Positions 26,417 through 35,464 of a DNA stretch of 54,908 nucleotides are shown piece by piece (position 1 is the stretch's first letter; the number at the start of each line of letters is the position of its first letter). The position numbers and the translations under genes were made by a program. The notes under the pieces are model-generated. The model ran no database searches. It was not told where the DNA came from and was given only the letters and a program-made list of their open reading frames with translations. Where the stretch lies: positions 1 through 54,908 of IMG/VR virus record IMGVR_UViG_3300015245_000530. One strand, 5' to 3'. Source of the stretch: a virus. Taxonomy: Duplodnaviria; Caudoviricetes.

Positions 26417-27676
26417 TTAAATCCCCGCGTCAGCTTGAGCGTGGATATAGATCAAGTGATTCGCGGCCGCGGCTGCAGCTGCGATGATAAGCACGTGTTC
26501 AGGCGATGGATTGTTAGTATCGACTGTGACAGCCAAATCCGCCGCCGCCGTTTGATCTCTCCAATTGGCGTTCGCCTGCGTTGGATTGTATGTCGTGATC
26601 GTGGGCGTCACTCTCATGGGGATGCTGTCACCCCATAGATATCCTGTTTGCGCCGCCGCAGCGGATACAACACCCAAAGAGCCTGCCAGAGCTCCATTTT
26701 GAACTGGTGCCGTTCCGTAGGGGAATGTTTTACGATAATGACGTTTGAGCTTCGGCAGCAGGAAATCGAACGGCAGGCGCTCGAACAGGCTGGCGAACAC
26801 GCCGGTCTCCAGCTGCACGTCATCAATCTGGATGCTATCATCAGCGCCGGCGGTGCCGACCGGCGTCCAAGTGAACTGAAGCTCCCCTTGCGTAGCTGTG
26901 GTCGGTACCGTCGCCGCGCTCGTGGCGGTTATGATACCCTGCGTGCTCACGGCAAGGTTCACCGAACCGGTCAGCACCGTGGTCTCCGAGGTGAAACCGC
27001 CGCCGCGTTTACCGACCGCACCTGTGCCGACATAGAAGTTGACGGTCAGTGTGCCAGACGCGGGCGACCAGTTTGCTCCGGCCTTGGCCACAACCTGGAG
27101 CGAGACCTTTTGGCCGCGCAGGCGCAGCAGTTCGTCAGTGTCGAGCGGGTAGCCGAAGATGTAGGCCGTCGTGCCGGTCTGGCCGTTGTTGCGAAGCATC
27201 TTCGCGGCGATGTTGGAGTTGCTTCCCAGGCCGTTCACCAATCCCGTGACGGCCGAGATGACAGACGCTTCGTTGGCTCCTGTCGTCACGTACCAGCGAT
27301 CCGCCGTGTATGCCGTGCTCGACGCACCGACTGCAAACGATGAGGATGAGCCGGCGCCCCGCTGCCACACCTCGAAGCCGCCATTGTCGATGACGTTGCG
27401 CAGCGCCTGCGGCGTCCACGCGAGGTGGTTGACCGTGTCCATCGACATGAACGGCAGGAACTGCGCGCCGTCATATAACTTGTGCACCTCGATCGTATTC
27501 ACGGTATCGAACCAGCTCTGGAACGCGACCAGCGCACCCGATGCGCCGGGCCCGATCGTCGGAGCGGAGTTGCCCGAGTACTTCGAGGTGATCGCGGCAA
27601 ACGACGAATTGATATCGGCCGCTGCCGCAGCGCCGGTGAGCGGCGAGCCGGGTAGGAGGATGGCGCCCTGCGACAT
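26417..27676 (-). CDS. Tail fibre/receptor-binding protein, paralogue B
   Basis: Full-length paralogue of 25161-26414 (shared QFTWTPVGTAGADDSIQIDDVQ). Confidence 0.75.
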   Translation of the reverse strand: MSQGAILLPGSPLTGAAAAADINSSFAAITSKYSGNSAPTIGPGASGALVAFQSWFDTVNTIEVHKLYDGAQFLPFMSMDTVNHLAWTPQALRNVIDNGGFEVWQRGAGSSSSFAVGASSTAYTADRWYVTTGANEASVISAVTGLVNGLGSNSNIAAKMLRNNGQTGTTAYIFGYPLDTDELLRLRGQKVSLQVVAKAGANWSPASGTLTVNFYVGTGAVGKRGGGFTSETTVLTGSVNLAVSTQGIITATSAATVPTTATQGELQFTWTPVGTAGADDSIQIDDVQLETGVFASLFERLPFDFLLPKLKRHYRKTFPYGTAPVQNGALAGSLGVVSAAAAQTGYLWGDSIPMRVTPTITTYNPTQANANWRDQTAAADLAVTVDTNNPSPEHVLIIAAAAAAANHLIYIHAQADAGI

Positions 27677-27688
27677 GCGATGTTTCTC

Positions 27689-28870
27689 CTAGAGGCAAAT
27701 ATAAATAGTCCCAACGGCGGTGTACTGGATGTTGGTGTGGGCGTTTCCGCTACCACTATTATTGATACTGATTCCAGTGGTTGAACTGCCCGTATTGCCG
27801 GATGCAGCGGCTTGTCCGGGACCACCACCAGCCGTCTGGGTCGCTCCAGCAATAACTGATGTGTGAAGATGTCCTGGATCTATGACGATATGGTTATGGG
27901 TAGCCAATTGCGCCGTAGTTATGCTGACGACTTGCGACCCACCCGTCGCCATCGCCGTGATCCCGTCCGGGGTCAGTGTCAGCGAGGTGAGGCGAGACGC
28001 AGCCGAGTTGCCCATATCATCAAGACCGGCAAGAACTGCGCCGCGCAGATCAGGCGTCCCAATCGTCTTGTTGGCCGCGAAGTCGGCCGCGGCGCTTGCT
28101 CCCCGGCCGCCGGAGACCGGGCATATCGTGTCTGGCAACCCGTTGTAGAGATACGTGAAGAGGTTGATCGCGGTGGCGCTGGCGAGTTCCGTGGCGCCAG
28201 AAGACGCCGACCCTATCGTGCGGCCGCTCGCCCTCACTGCGCCGCTGATGGCATTGTTCTTGGTCGGCATCCAGAAGCACGCGCCGGTCGGCAGCGTGAA
28301 TCCGGGCGTCGCCAGCGCCCTGGTGAAGCCAAATACGTACCAGATGCCGATACCCTGGTATACGAGCGTCCACTGGTCGCCGGGCTGCGTGGTGATGTCC
28401 TGGAGGCCTGGGGTGACGATGGTGCCCGCGCCGTAGGTGAGCTTGAGGTTGCCCGACGCCTGGCACTTCTTCTCCTCGCCGACCTGCGCGGCAGTGCCGA
28501 AGTTCGTCACCGTCGCCGAACCGCTGATGATGATGAACGTCTGCGGCGCGGCGCCGACGTCGACGGTCGCGGCGCTCGCGAGCATGGCGATCCCGCCGCC
28601 CATCTTCGGCAACCAGTTGGAGTTGACCACGTCGAGGTTCGCGGAGCGGTTCCAGTTGACGCCGTCGAACCACTTGAGCGCGGGGAAGTTGACGTTCGTG
28701 GTGTCGAACCACGTCTGGAACTCTTGCGCCGCCGTGCCGGGTCCGTTGGTCGGCGCCGACGCGCCGGAGTTCTGGGAAGCTATGGCGTTCCAGGCCTGGT
28801 TCATCAGGCCGGCGAACGTCACCATGGAAAACGATCCGCCGGTGGGGACGTTGTAGGAACCCTGCGACAT
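27689..28870 (-). CDS. Tail fibre protein with tail-collar-like domain
   Basis: MSQG N-terminal domain; PDLRG..LAGLDDMG, GG.Q.V.....QLATHNH, AHTNIQ collar motifs. Confidence 0.8.
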   Translation of the reverse strand: MSQGSYNVPTGGSFSMVTFAGLMNQAWNAIASQNSGASAPTNGPGTAAQEFQTWFDTTNVNFPALKWFDGVNWNRSANLDVVNSNWLPKMGGGIAMLASAATVDVGAAPQTFIIISGSATVTNFGTAAQVGEEKKCQASGNLKLTYGAGTIVTPGLQDITTQPGDQWTLVYQGIGIWYVFGFTRALATPGFTLPTGACFWMPTKNNAISGAVRASGRTIGSASSGATELASATAINLFTYLYNGLPDTICPVSGGRGASAAADFAANKTIGTPDLRGAVLAGLDDMGNSAASRLTSLTLTPDGITAMATGGSQVVSITTAQLATHNHIVIDPGHLHTSVIAGATQTAGGGPGQAAASGNTGSSTTGISINNSGSGNAHTNIQYTAVGTIYICL

Positions 28871-28974
28871 CAGCCGCGCCTTCTAAAATCAGCGTAGAAA
28901 ACCAGGTTGCCGGCGACGCGGTTCGCTCCCCACTCGATCGGGATCGGCGTTCCTTTTGGCAGTTGTTGTGACAT
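28870..28974 (-). CDS. 34-aa mini-protein copying the tail-tip N-terminal motif (not in the ORF track)
   Basis: MSQQLPKGTPIPIEWGANRVAGNLVFYADFRRRG versus tail tip QGTPIPVGWGTGRLAGNLIYYADFR; TGATG-coupled at both ends. Confidence 0.7.
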   Translation of the reverse strand: MSQQLPKGTPIPIEWGANRVAGNLVFYADFRRRG

Positions 28975-31900
28975 CAGTACCCCGCGAATTCGATGTTGAT
29001 TGTTCTGATGACCCCGACGGAAGCATTCGTAACCCTAACGAATGCCGATGACAATGTGAGGCTTGTGACCGCGAGGACATCGCCGGCCGCCTCATCGACT
29101 ATGACAGCCTGGTAAACTGGCAGACCGGGTGTAGCGGGCACACCTCCAGAACCACCATTGAATGCCGCCAGCGTCGCCGAGCCGTCTGGCTTGAATGTGA
29201 TGGTGGTCCCGGCCGCTGCGAGCGTCAGGCCAATATAGTGGTCGATGCGGGACGGGATGTGCACCGCGAAGGTGAACGAGGAAGCCGAATCGATGGTGTT
29301 CAGGTCGAACGACTCCAGGAACAGCTGCATGTTGAACGCCATGGCGCTGTAGAACCCGGCGCGGTACCGTTGCCATCCGAGGAAGACCACGCCGTCCGCC
29401 GACAGGTTGATGTTGGGGAACGTTGTGATGAACATGTTCGCCGACGCGGCGAAGATGTCATTGAAAGAGAACACATCGGTCCAGGTGAAGATGTTCTGCC
29501 CGACCGGGACACCCTGCGTCGTCCACGAACAATCGACGAGACACCCGACGATCCGGCCGACGTTGACAATGTGGGAAGCCGGGATTGTGTAGGTACCGCT
29601 CACGGTAAACACCGTCGCGAAATTATATACGTCGACGATGCCGTAAACGTCTGTCATATCATAGACGTCTCCGCTGCCGCCATTGCCAAAGTTGTACCAA
29701 TCCGTAAGCGCGTAAATGTCCGCGACACCATACAAATCGCCGGTTTCAAAAGTTTCGATAGTGCCGCTGTTGTTGTAGACGTCGCCGGCGAACGTGCCGG
29801 TGAGCACCCCGGTCGCCCCGAAGAACTCATCCCAAGATTTCACGATGTTGAGAGGGATCACCGCCGTGTTGCTGATGACGCCGATCTGCGCGGCGTTCAT
29901 CGAGTAGACGTCCAATCCTGGCACCGGCACGGCGTGCGCCTTGATGAGGTACACCGTGCCCCCGAGGCTCGAGCCGATCGCGGGCACGTTCGGGTGCAGG
30001 TAGCGCCCGATCACCTGCGCGGTGTTCCAATCAGATCCGCGCCTGATCTCGTAGTCGATGGGGTTGCGGAAGTCGTCGACCTCGTCCCACGAGAACAGGG
30101 TGATGTTGGACTGGTAGTTGGTCGTGAAGTTCTGCACGTCCGGCAGCGGCGACGTGAGCGCGGTGCCCTGGATCGTGTAGGTGTAGGCCGACACGCTCGC
30201 CAACGTCTGCGGGCCCGCCCCGGCGTGGTTGAAGTTCACCAGCTTGACGTAGAGGGTCTGGCCGATGCGGTCCGCGGTGAAAGGCACCCGGAAGACGCCC
30301 TTGTTTATGCGCACGAACGTGGTTCCGGCCGGGCTCGACTTGGGCGCGGTGCCGTAGCCGCCACGGTTGAGGTTCGTCAGGTTGTAGGCGTTCGCCCCGG
30401 TCGGGGTCGCGTTCTGGTAGGCCAGGAACTCGCCGCCCACGTAGCAGAGCGTCGCGAAACCGAGCAGATCAGCGGTGGTGCCGCTGAGGAGTTGGGCCTG
30501 GCTGAGCGCCAGGTCGACCGCGAGCACGCTGGCGGGGTCGATCGTGGGGGGCAGCGTGGACGCCGGCACGGCCGCTAGCGCGCCGGTGAGCACACCCATG
30601 CTCGTCGGGCCGAGCTGCTGGCCGACGAAGTCGTAGTTGACCCCGTCGTAACTCACGTAGACGTTCGCGCCGCCCCACGCCGCGGGGTTGACGCCGGTGA
30701 TCCCGGCCCAGACCTCCAACCCCTTCGACCCCGGTCCGGTGAGCGGGTCGGACGGTTCGAAGAAGAACGGGGTGTTGGTAACGCCGGGATCTGCGTTGTA
30801 GTCGGGCACGAACCCGGTGTTGACCTGGACGCCGTAGAGCGGCGGCGAGGCGGAGCCGACGAGCATGTCCTCCGCGATCATGGAGAAGGACGCGTCGTCC
30901 GGATTCTCGGTGATCTCCTTTATGCGGACCAGCTTGCGCGAGAGCCTCATGGCTGGGTCCGTGACCGTCACCAGGTCCATGGGCTCGAGCAGCACGTATT
31001 TGTGGACGAGCGTGAACTCGAACGTCGCCTTGACCTGCTCGCGGCCGAGCTGCAGGTGCGAGCACGTGGTGGCCGACGAGTCCAGCGCGAAGACGTCGAC
31101 CTGCTTCGGGTCGCGCGATCGCAGCCCGATGTCCTGGATGGACGCGTCGTCCTTCGCCTCCGCCACCGTCGGGTTGTAGGCATTGGCGCGGCCCGGGTAC
31201 TTGACGGTGACTTTGTTGTACGTGTCGGCGGTCTGCTTGAGCCTCACGACCACGGGCGATTCGTAGCTGTTCCCCGACGGCAGGAAGTCGTCGTCGGCGA
31301 GGTCGAACAGCGGCGACAGGTTCGGGACGTAGGTGTAGCCGTTGCCCGATATCGTCGAGTCGTAGTACGGCACGACCTTGAGCTTGCCGCCCGACCACAC
31401 AGCCTCCGCCACGAGGCCGTACAGGATGTCGGACAGGAACGCGCTGTAGGCCTTCTGCTGCGTCAGCACCGGCGACATCCATATCCCGGCGGCCTGCCCG
31501 TAGGCGTAGAGCGGCGTGAGCACCACCCCGTACCAGTCGGTGAGCGCGTAGATGTCCGGGACGCCGTACAGGTCGCCGTCGCCGAACCTGTCGAGCGGGA
31601 ACCCTATCCCGTACTTGTCGTTGGTCGCCGAGTCGACGATGATGTCCTTGGCGTTGGCGTCCTGCGGTGCGCCGGGCGCGAAGAAGCCGAACTTCACCTC
31701 GATGTTGAGCGCCGGCAGGTCGGGCGACGCCCCGAGGTTGAACGGCGCGGCCGCTATGTACGCAATGCCGCGGTTGGCCCGCGCGTCCCCGGGGTGCGCG
31801 CTGACCACGTATCCCCAGGCGGTCTGCGCGTAGCTGCCGGTGAACAAGGAGAAATTGAGGGCGCCGAGCGAGGTGATGTTCTTGCTGTTCCAAACCGTGC

Positions 31901-32201
31901 CGACGCCGACGATGGGCCCCTCGCACAGCCCCATCATCACCGTGGTGTAGTAGACCGTCTGCTCCTGGCCGCCGCCCTGCTTGCCGGAGCCGCCGCCGCC
32001 GGTGCCCTTGCCGCCGCCCTGCTGCGCCTGCTGGACCTGGATGGAGCGAAAGTCGGCGTAGTAGATCAGGTTGCCGGCGAGCCGACCCGTGCCCCACCCC
32101 ACCGGGATCGGCGTGCCCTGCACCGAGGTCTGGACGCGCAGCGAGGTCGCCGGCGGGTTCGGCGTGCTGGCTCGCGGCGACCCGCCGAACAAACTCGTCA
32201 T
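28974..32201 (-). CDS. Tail tip/central fibre (host-specificity J / GTA megatron-like) protein
   Basis: GTPIPVGWG, GLCEGPI, LEPMDLVTV, FN3-like segment; position after DUF2163 and NlpC. Confidence 0.85.
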   Translation of the reverse strand: MTSLFGGSPRASTPNPPATSLRVQTSVQGTPIPVGWGTGRLAGNLIYYADFRSIQVQQAQQGGGKGTGGGGSGKQGGGQEQTVYYTTVMMGLCEGPIVGVGTVWNSKNITSLGALNFSLFTGSYAQTAWGYVVSAHPGDARANRGIAYIAAAPFNLGASPDLPALNIEVKFGFFAPGAPQDANAKDIIVDSATNDKYGIGFPLDRFGDGDLYGVPDIYALTDWYGVVLTPLYAYGQAAGIWMSPVLTQQKAYSAFLSDILYGLVAEAVWSGGKLKVVPYYDSTISGNGYTYVPNLSPLFDLADDDFLPSGNSYESPVVVRLKQTADTYNKVTVKYPGRANAYNPTVAEAKDDASIQDIGLRSRDPKQVDVFALDSSATTCSHLQLGREQVKATFEFTLVHKYVLLEPMDLVTVTDPAMRLSRKLVRIKEITENPDDASFSMIAEDMLVGSASPPLYGVQVNTGFVPDYNADPGVTNTPFFFEPSDPLTGPGSKGLEVWAGITGVNPAAWGGANVYVSYDGVNYDFVGQQLGPTSMGVLTGALAAVPASTLPPTIDPASVLAVDLALSQAQLLSGTTADLLGFATLCYVGGEFLAYQNATPTGANAYNLTNLNRGGYGTAPKSSPAGTTFVRINKGVFRVPFTADRIGQTLYVKLVNFNHAGAGPQTLASVSAYTYTIQGTALTSPLPDVQNFTTNYQSNITLFSWDEVDDFRNPIDYEIRRGSDWNTAQVIGRYLHPNVPAIGSSLGGTVYLIKAHAVPVPGLDVYSMNAAQIGVISNTAVIPLNIVKSWDEFFGATGVLTGTFAGDVYNNSGTIETFETGDLYGVADIYALTDWYNFGNGGSGDVYDMTDVYGIVDVYNFATVFTVSGTYTIPASHIVNVGRIVGCLVDCSWTTQGVPVGQNIFTWTDVFSFNDIFAASANMFITTFPNINLSADGVVFLGWQRYRAGFYSAMAFNMQLFLESFDLNTIDSASSFTFAVHIPSRIDHYIGLTLAAAGTTITFKPDGSATLAAFNGGSGGVPATPGLPVYQAVIVDEAAGDVLAVTSLTLSSAFVRVTNASVGVIRTINIEFAGY

Positions 32202-32207
32202 GCGGCG

Positions 32208-32726
32208 TCACCCCCAGAGCGTGAAGAACTTCACCGCCCTCGCGGTCGTGGCGAGCAGCGCCTGGTCGCCGCGCTCCTCGAAGACGAGGCCCGCCCCGGC
32301 GTTGGCGTGGATGATCCAGGGCCAACCCTCGGCGCGGTCGAAGTCCGCCTGGTACTCCGGCCAGCCGTGCGCGTTCACCACGCCGCCGTGCGAGAAATCG
32401 CGGGCCACGTGGAACATGGCGATGTCGCCCGGCCGCACGCGCTCCTCCGGGATCTCCGACGCGTACCTGCGGATGTGCTGGAGATACAGTCCGGAGGCTC
32501 GGTTGAGGTGCGCCATCGAGTTGTAGACCTCGATCGGCACCTCTCCGACGAGGCCGGACTCCTCGTAGACCTTCGCGAAGAACGTGCAGTCGGCCGCCAC
32601 GCGCTTGATGCGCGCGCCGTGGCGGTAGGGCGTGCCGATCCACTCCCGGGCGACCTCGACCACGCGCCGGCGCTGGAACCACTCGTCCCCAAGGCAGGCG
32701 CGCGTGGGCGCGACGAGGCCGCTCAC
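32208..32726 (-). CDS. Tail-associated NlpC/P60 peptidase
   Basis: AREWIGTPYRH, ADC, PGDIAMF, SHGG, IIHA. Confidence 0.88.
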   Translation of the reverse strand: MSGLVAPTRACLGDEWFQRRRVVEVAREWIGTPYRHGARIKRVAADCTFFAKVYEESGLVGEVPIEVYNSMAHLNRASGLYLQHIRRYASEIPEERVRPGDIAMFHVARDFSHGGVVNAHGWPEYQADFDRAEGWPWIIHANAGAGLVFEERGDQALLATTARAVKFFTLWG

Positions 32727-32778
32727 GCGGATACCGGCAGCGTCGCGAGGACGTCCAACAGGTGAATTGTCGACATGC

Positions 32779-33708
32779 TCATATCGCCGTCTCCGCCGCG
32801 GGGATGAGGTCGAATCCGCCGAAGTTGACCTCGTTGTTGAACTTGGAGATGCAGGTCGAGCGGAGTTTATCGCAGCCGGGGTAGGCCGTGAAGCCATCAC
32901 CGGGCGCCACCGCGAACGGGAACGGCGCGATCAGGAACATGTTGACGGCGTCGAAGCTCTTCACCATGCGCCGGAAGCCGGCGTTGAGCCCCGAGGTCAT
33001 CGTGAGTTGGCCGAGCGAGTAGTAGCCTGCGACGTGGCCGAACCCGGTGGTGACGATCTGGGATTGCGTCGAGCCGGCAAGCGCGGTTCCAACGGAGGAA
33101 AAACTGGCCTGAGAGAGTTGGCATCCAGCATCAAACAACGTCCATCGACACGGCGACTGCCAGGTGTTGCGCGGGATCAGCAGCGAGAACTGGTCGAGCC
33201 ACGAGTTGATCGAGAGCACCGCCTGGTTGCGCATGATGTCGACGGCCGCCATGCGGCCCGCGAAGTAGTCCACCAGCACGAAGGCGCCGCTGGCGTCGGA
33301 GAAGACGAGGAGCGGCGAGGTCCACGGCTGCGGCCAGGATGGCCAGTAGGCGCGGTGGACGCGCCCCGCCGAGCCGGACAGTGATCCGCCGGCGACGGAC
33401 GCCAGCCACGGAGTATTGCCTATGCTGACGGGGTAGGCGGCGCCGGTCACCGGGTCCACCCCCACGGGCATCGCGTGCACCTGCCAGGTATCGACGTCGA
33501 GGCCCGTCTTCCAGTGCCCCACGGCCTTGTTGTCGGCCTGGTCGAAGTAGAGCGCCGATGAGTAGGTGTTGCCGGCGTACACGACGTCGACGTCGGCCGT
33601 GGTGTAGCGCAGCACCTGGCCGGTAGTGAGGGTGAGCTCGTAGAGGTCGCAGAACACGAAAACGCCGGTGGCGAGCAGCGCGATGAGTCCTGCGGGTGCC
33701 GTCTTCAT
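32779..33708 (-). CDS. DUF2163/BR0599-family tail hub protein (GTA gp13-like)
   Basis: LRYTTAD.D, C.WTLFDAGC, PGCDKLRSTC..KFNN..NFGGF..IP. Confidence 0.9.
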   Translation of the reverse strand: MKTAPAGLIALLATGVFVFCDLYELTLTTGQVLRYTTADVDVVYAGNTYSSALYFDQADNKAVGHWKTGLDVDTWQVHAMPVGVDPVTGAAYPVSIGNTPWLASVAGGSLSGSAGRVHRAYWPSWPQPWTSPLLVFSDASGAFVLVDYFAGRMAAVDIMRNQAVLSINSWLDQFSLLIPRNTWQSPCRWTLFDAGCQLSQASFSSVGTALAGSTQSQIVTTGFGHVAGYYSLGQLTMTSGLNAGFRRMVKSFDAVNMFLIAPFPFAVAPGDGFTAYPGCDKLRSTCISKFNNEVNFGGFDLIPAAETAI

Positions 33709-33821
33709 GACGAGTTTTCTACCGCACTCCCGCGAGCTAAGAAATGGGCATCACTCGAAGTAGCCGCCGATGGCCACGTCGCCGCGGATGATCTCGCTGA
33801 TGGACGCGGTCTGCACCAGAT

Positions 33822-35108
33822 TCAGAGCGAGCGCAGAAAGTTCACGAGTTCCTGCTTGGCTGCCGGCGGCAGCAGCGAGAAGGCGCGCACCACCACGTTC
33901 GCCTCGCTGCCGGGGCTGGCGTGTGCAGTTATCGCCGCCAGCAGGTCGGACGTCCTGCCGTCGTGCAGGAAGAACAGGCGCTGCCCGACGCCCCACAGCG
34001 GCGCCGTGCGGAACTCGCTGCCTGTGGCGAGGCCCTGCGGGATGCCGTCCGCGAGCCCCTGCCCCATGTCGTGTAGGGCGAAGTCGCTGAAAGGCCGGTA
34101 TTCCACCTTGCTCTTGCCGATCAGGCTCATCTTCCCGGTGACCTGGCGCTCGATGTGGCAGCCGTCGCAGCCCACAGTCTTGAAGACGATGAGGCCAGCC
34201 GCGGCGGGCAGGTGGACGGGGATCGCCGACGCGGCCACGACCTGCGGAGTTTTGGTGGCCGGGGTCGGGGGCGCGAGCATGCGCATGAAGGCTGCGAATT
34301 TCGTCACGTCGCTGGCCGCGTCCGCCGGCGTCGACTTGACCGAGGTCAGGTTGGTGTGGTCCTCGGGCAGCGCGTTGAATTGGCAACCAGGGGTCTCGTC
34401 GCGCTCCTGGGGGAACACCTCGTTGGTGACGCCCTGCTCGACATTATAGGCCTCGCCCGCAAAGATCATCAGCGACTTGTTCTGCGCCTTCCACCCGAAC
34501 CTGGTGATGGTGCCGTCGTTGCCGCTCCGGTTGAACCGACCGGTGATGCCCGGAAACTTGGCCTGCGCCCTCGCGGCTGCTTCGAAGTTGGCGTCCGGCG
34601 TCGCCTCCACCAAGCCGAGCCCGAAGACCGGCGTGGGGATGCGGAATGAGATGTTGCGAGCGGCGATCGCCGCCGCGAAGTCTGGCTGCGCGATGTTGCA
34701 CCCCTGGGCGTCGGCGCGGCCGGTGATGACGAACAAGTCGTGGACGCCGCCGTCCGACACGAACCGCGCTTCCCTCACGGGGCCGTTGGGCGTGATGAAG
34801 GATGGAACCTTGTTCTTGGCGCCGTCCAAGGTTGCCACGGCCACCTGCGGGTTCACCCGCGGGCTCGTCCCTCCCGTCGCCGGCTGCGCGTGGCACCCGG
34901 CGCAGGAGTCGAGGTTGAACCTCGGCCCTAGCCCGTTCACCACTCCGTCGACTTCCTCGAACGCGTCCTTGGACGCGTCGAAGAAACCGGCGTCGACGCC
35001 AGCGAGCGCGCCGCCGGCCCCGGCAGGTCCACCTCGCGGGCCCGGATCGGTTTGGCCGAACACCGGAGTGGCGGCGAGCAGGGCAGCAATCAAGACAGGT
35101 CTGAACAT
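33822..35108 (-). CDS. Secreted di-heme oxidoreductase (DHOR/DUF1111-like, cytochrome c peroxidase-related)
   Basis: Signal peptide; GLGPRFN..SCAGCH; GRF...RFGWKA; GCDGCH; FSDFALHDMG; FRTAPLWGVG..LHDGR. Confidence 0.9.
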   Translation of the reverse strand: MFRPVLIAALLAATPVFGQTDPGPRGGPAGAGGALAGVDAGFFDASKDAFEEVDGVVNGLGPRFNLDSCAGCHAQPATGGTSPRVNPQVAVATLDGAKNKVPSFITPNGPVREARFVSDGGVHDLFVITGRADAQGCNIAQPDFAAAIAARNISFRIPTPVFGLGLVEATPDANFEAAARAQAKFPGITGRFNRSGNDGTITRFGWKAQNKSLMIFAGEAYNVEQGVTNEVFPQERDETPGCQFNALPEDHTNLTSVKSTPADAASDVTKFAAFMRMLAPPTPATKTPQVVAASAIPVHLPAAAGLIVFKTVGCDGCHIERQVTGKMSLIGKSKVEYRPFSDFALHDMGQGLADGIPQGLATGSEFRTAPLWGVGQRLFFLHDGRTSDLLAAITAHASPGSEANVVVRAFSLLPPAAKQELVNFLRSL

Positions 35109-35191
35109 GGTTTTGAATCCCCTTCTTCGTTGACTACGCCGCGACCTCAATCCCCACATCGTGGGTATTTTGCGGCCCAGCCGGGGCGCCG

Positions 35192-35464
35192 TCAGATGAT
35201 CCTGTCCCTGTTGCGGTGCATCAACACGCGGGCCGCCCTGTTGACGCCCCCCATTTTCCTGGCTTCGCCGTTGAGCCACGTCGCCGAGTAGTCGAGCGCG
35301 TTGGCCACCGCGCGAAGGCACGGCGGCAGCCGGTCGAAGCCCCTCATCTCCTTGCGGAAGGACCCCTCGACGGCCGCTATGGGCACCACGGCGCCGTCGA
35401 ACAACATGCTCCCATCCGGCAGCGGCTCAAGCCGTTGCGGGCGACGGCGACGCTGGCGCCTCAT
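35192..35464 (-). CDS. Hypothetical basic protein
   Basis: ATGA-coupled to DUF2460; MRGFDRLPPCLR motif. Confidence 0.55.
   Translation of the reverse strand: MRRQRRRRPQRLEPLPDGSMLFDGAVVPIAAVEGSFRKEMRGFDRLPPCLRAVANALDYSATWLNGEARKMGGVNRAARVLMHRNRDRII

Noticed and set aside
25161-27676. Diversity-generating retroelement targeting the fibre tips
   Set aside because: No reverse transcriptase and no near-identical template repeat differing only at adenines in the window; the paralogues differ at ordinary synonymous sites.
35238-35246. Additional CTGTTGACG copy
   Set aside because: It lies antisense inside a coding region with no downstream + strand gene; likely chance.
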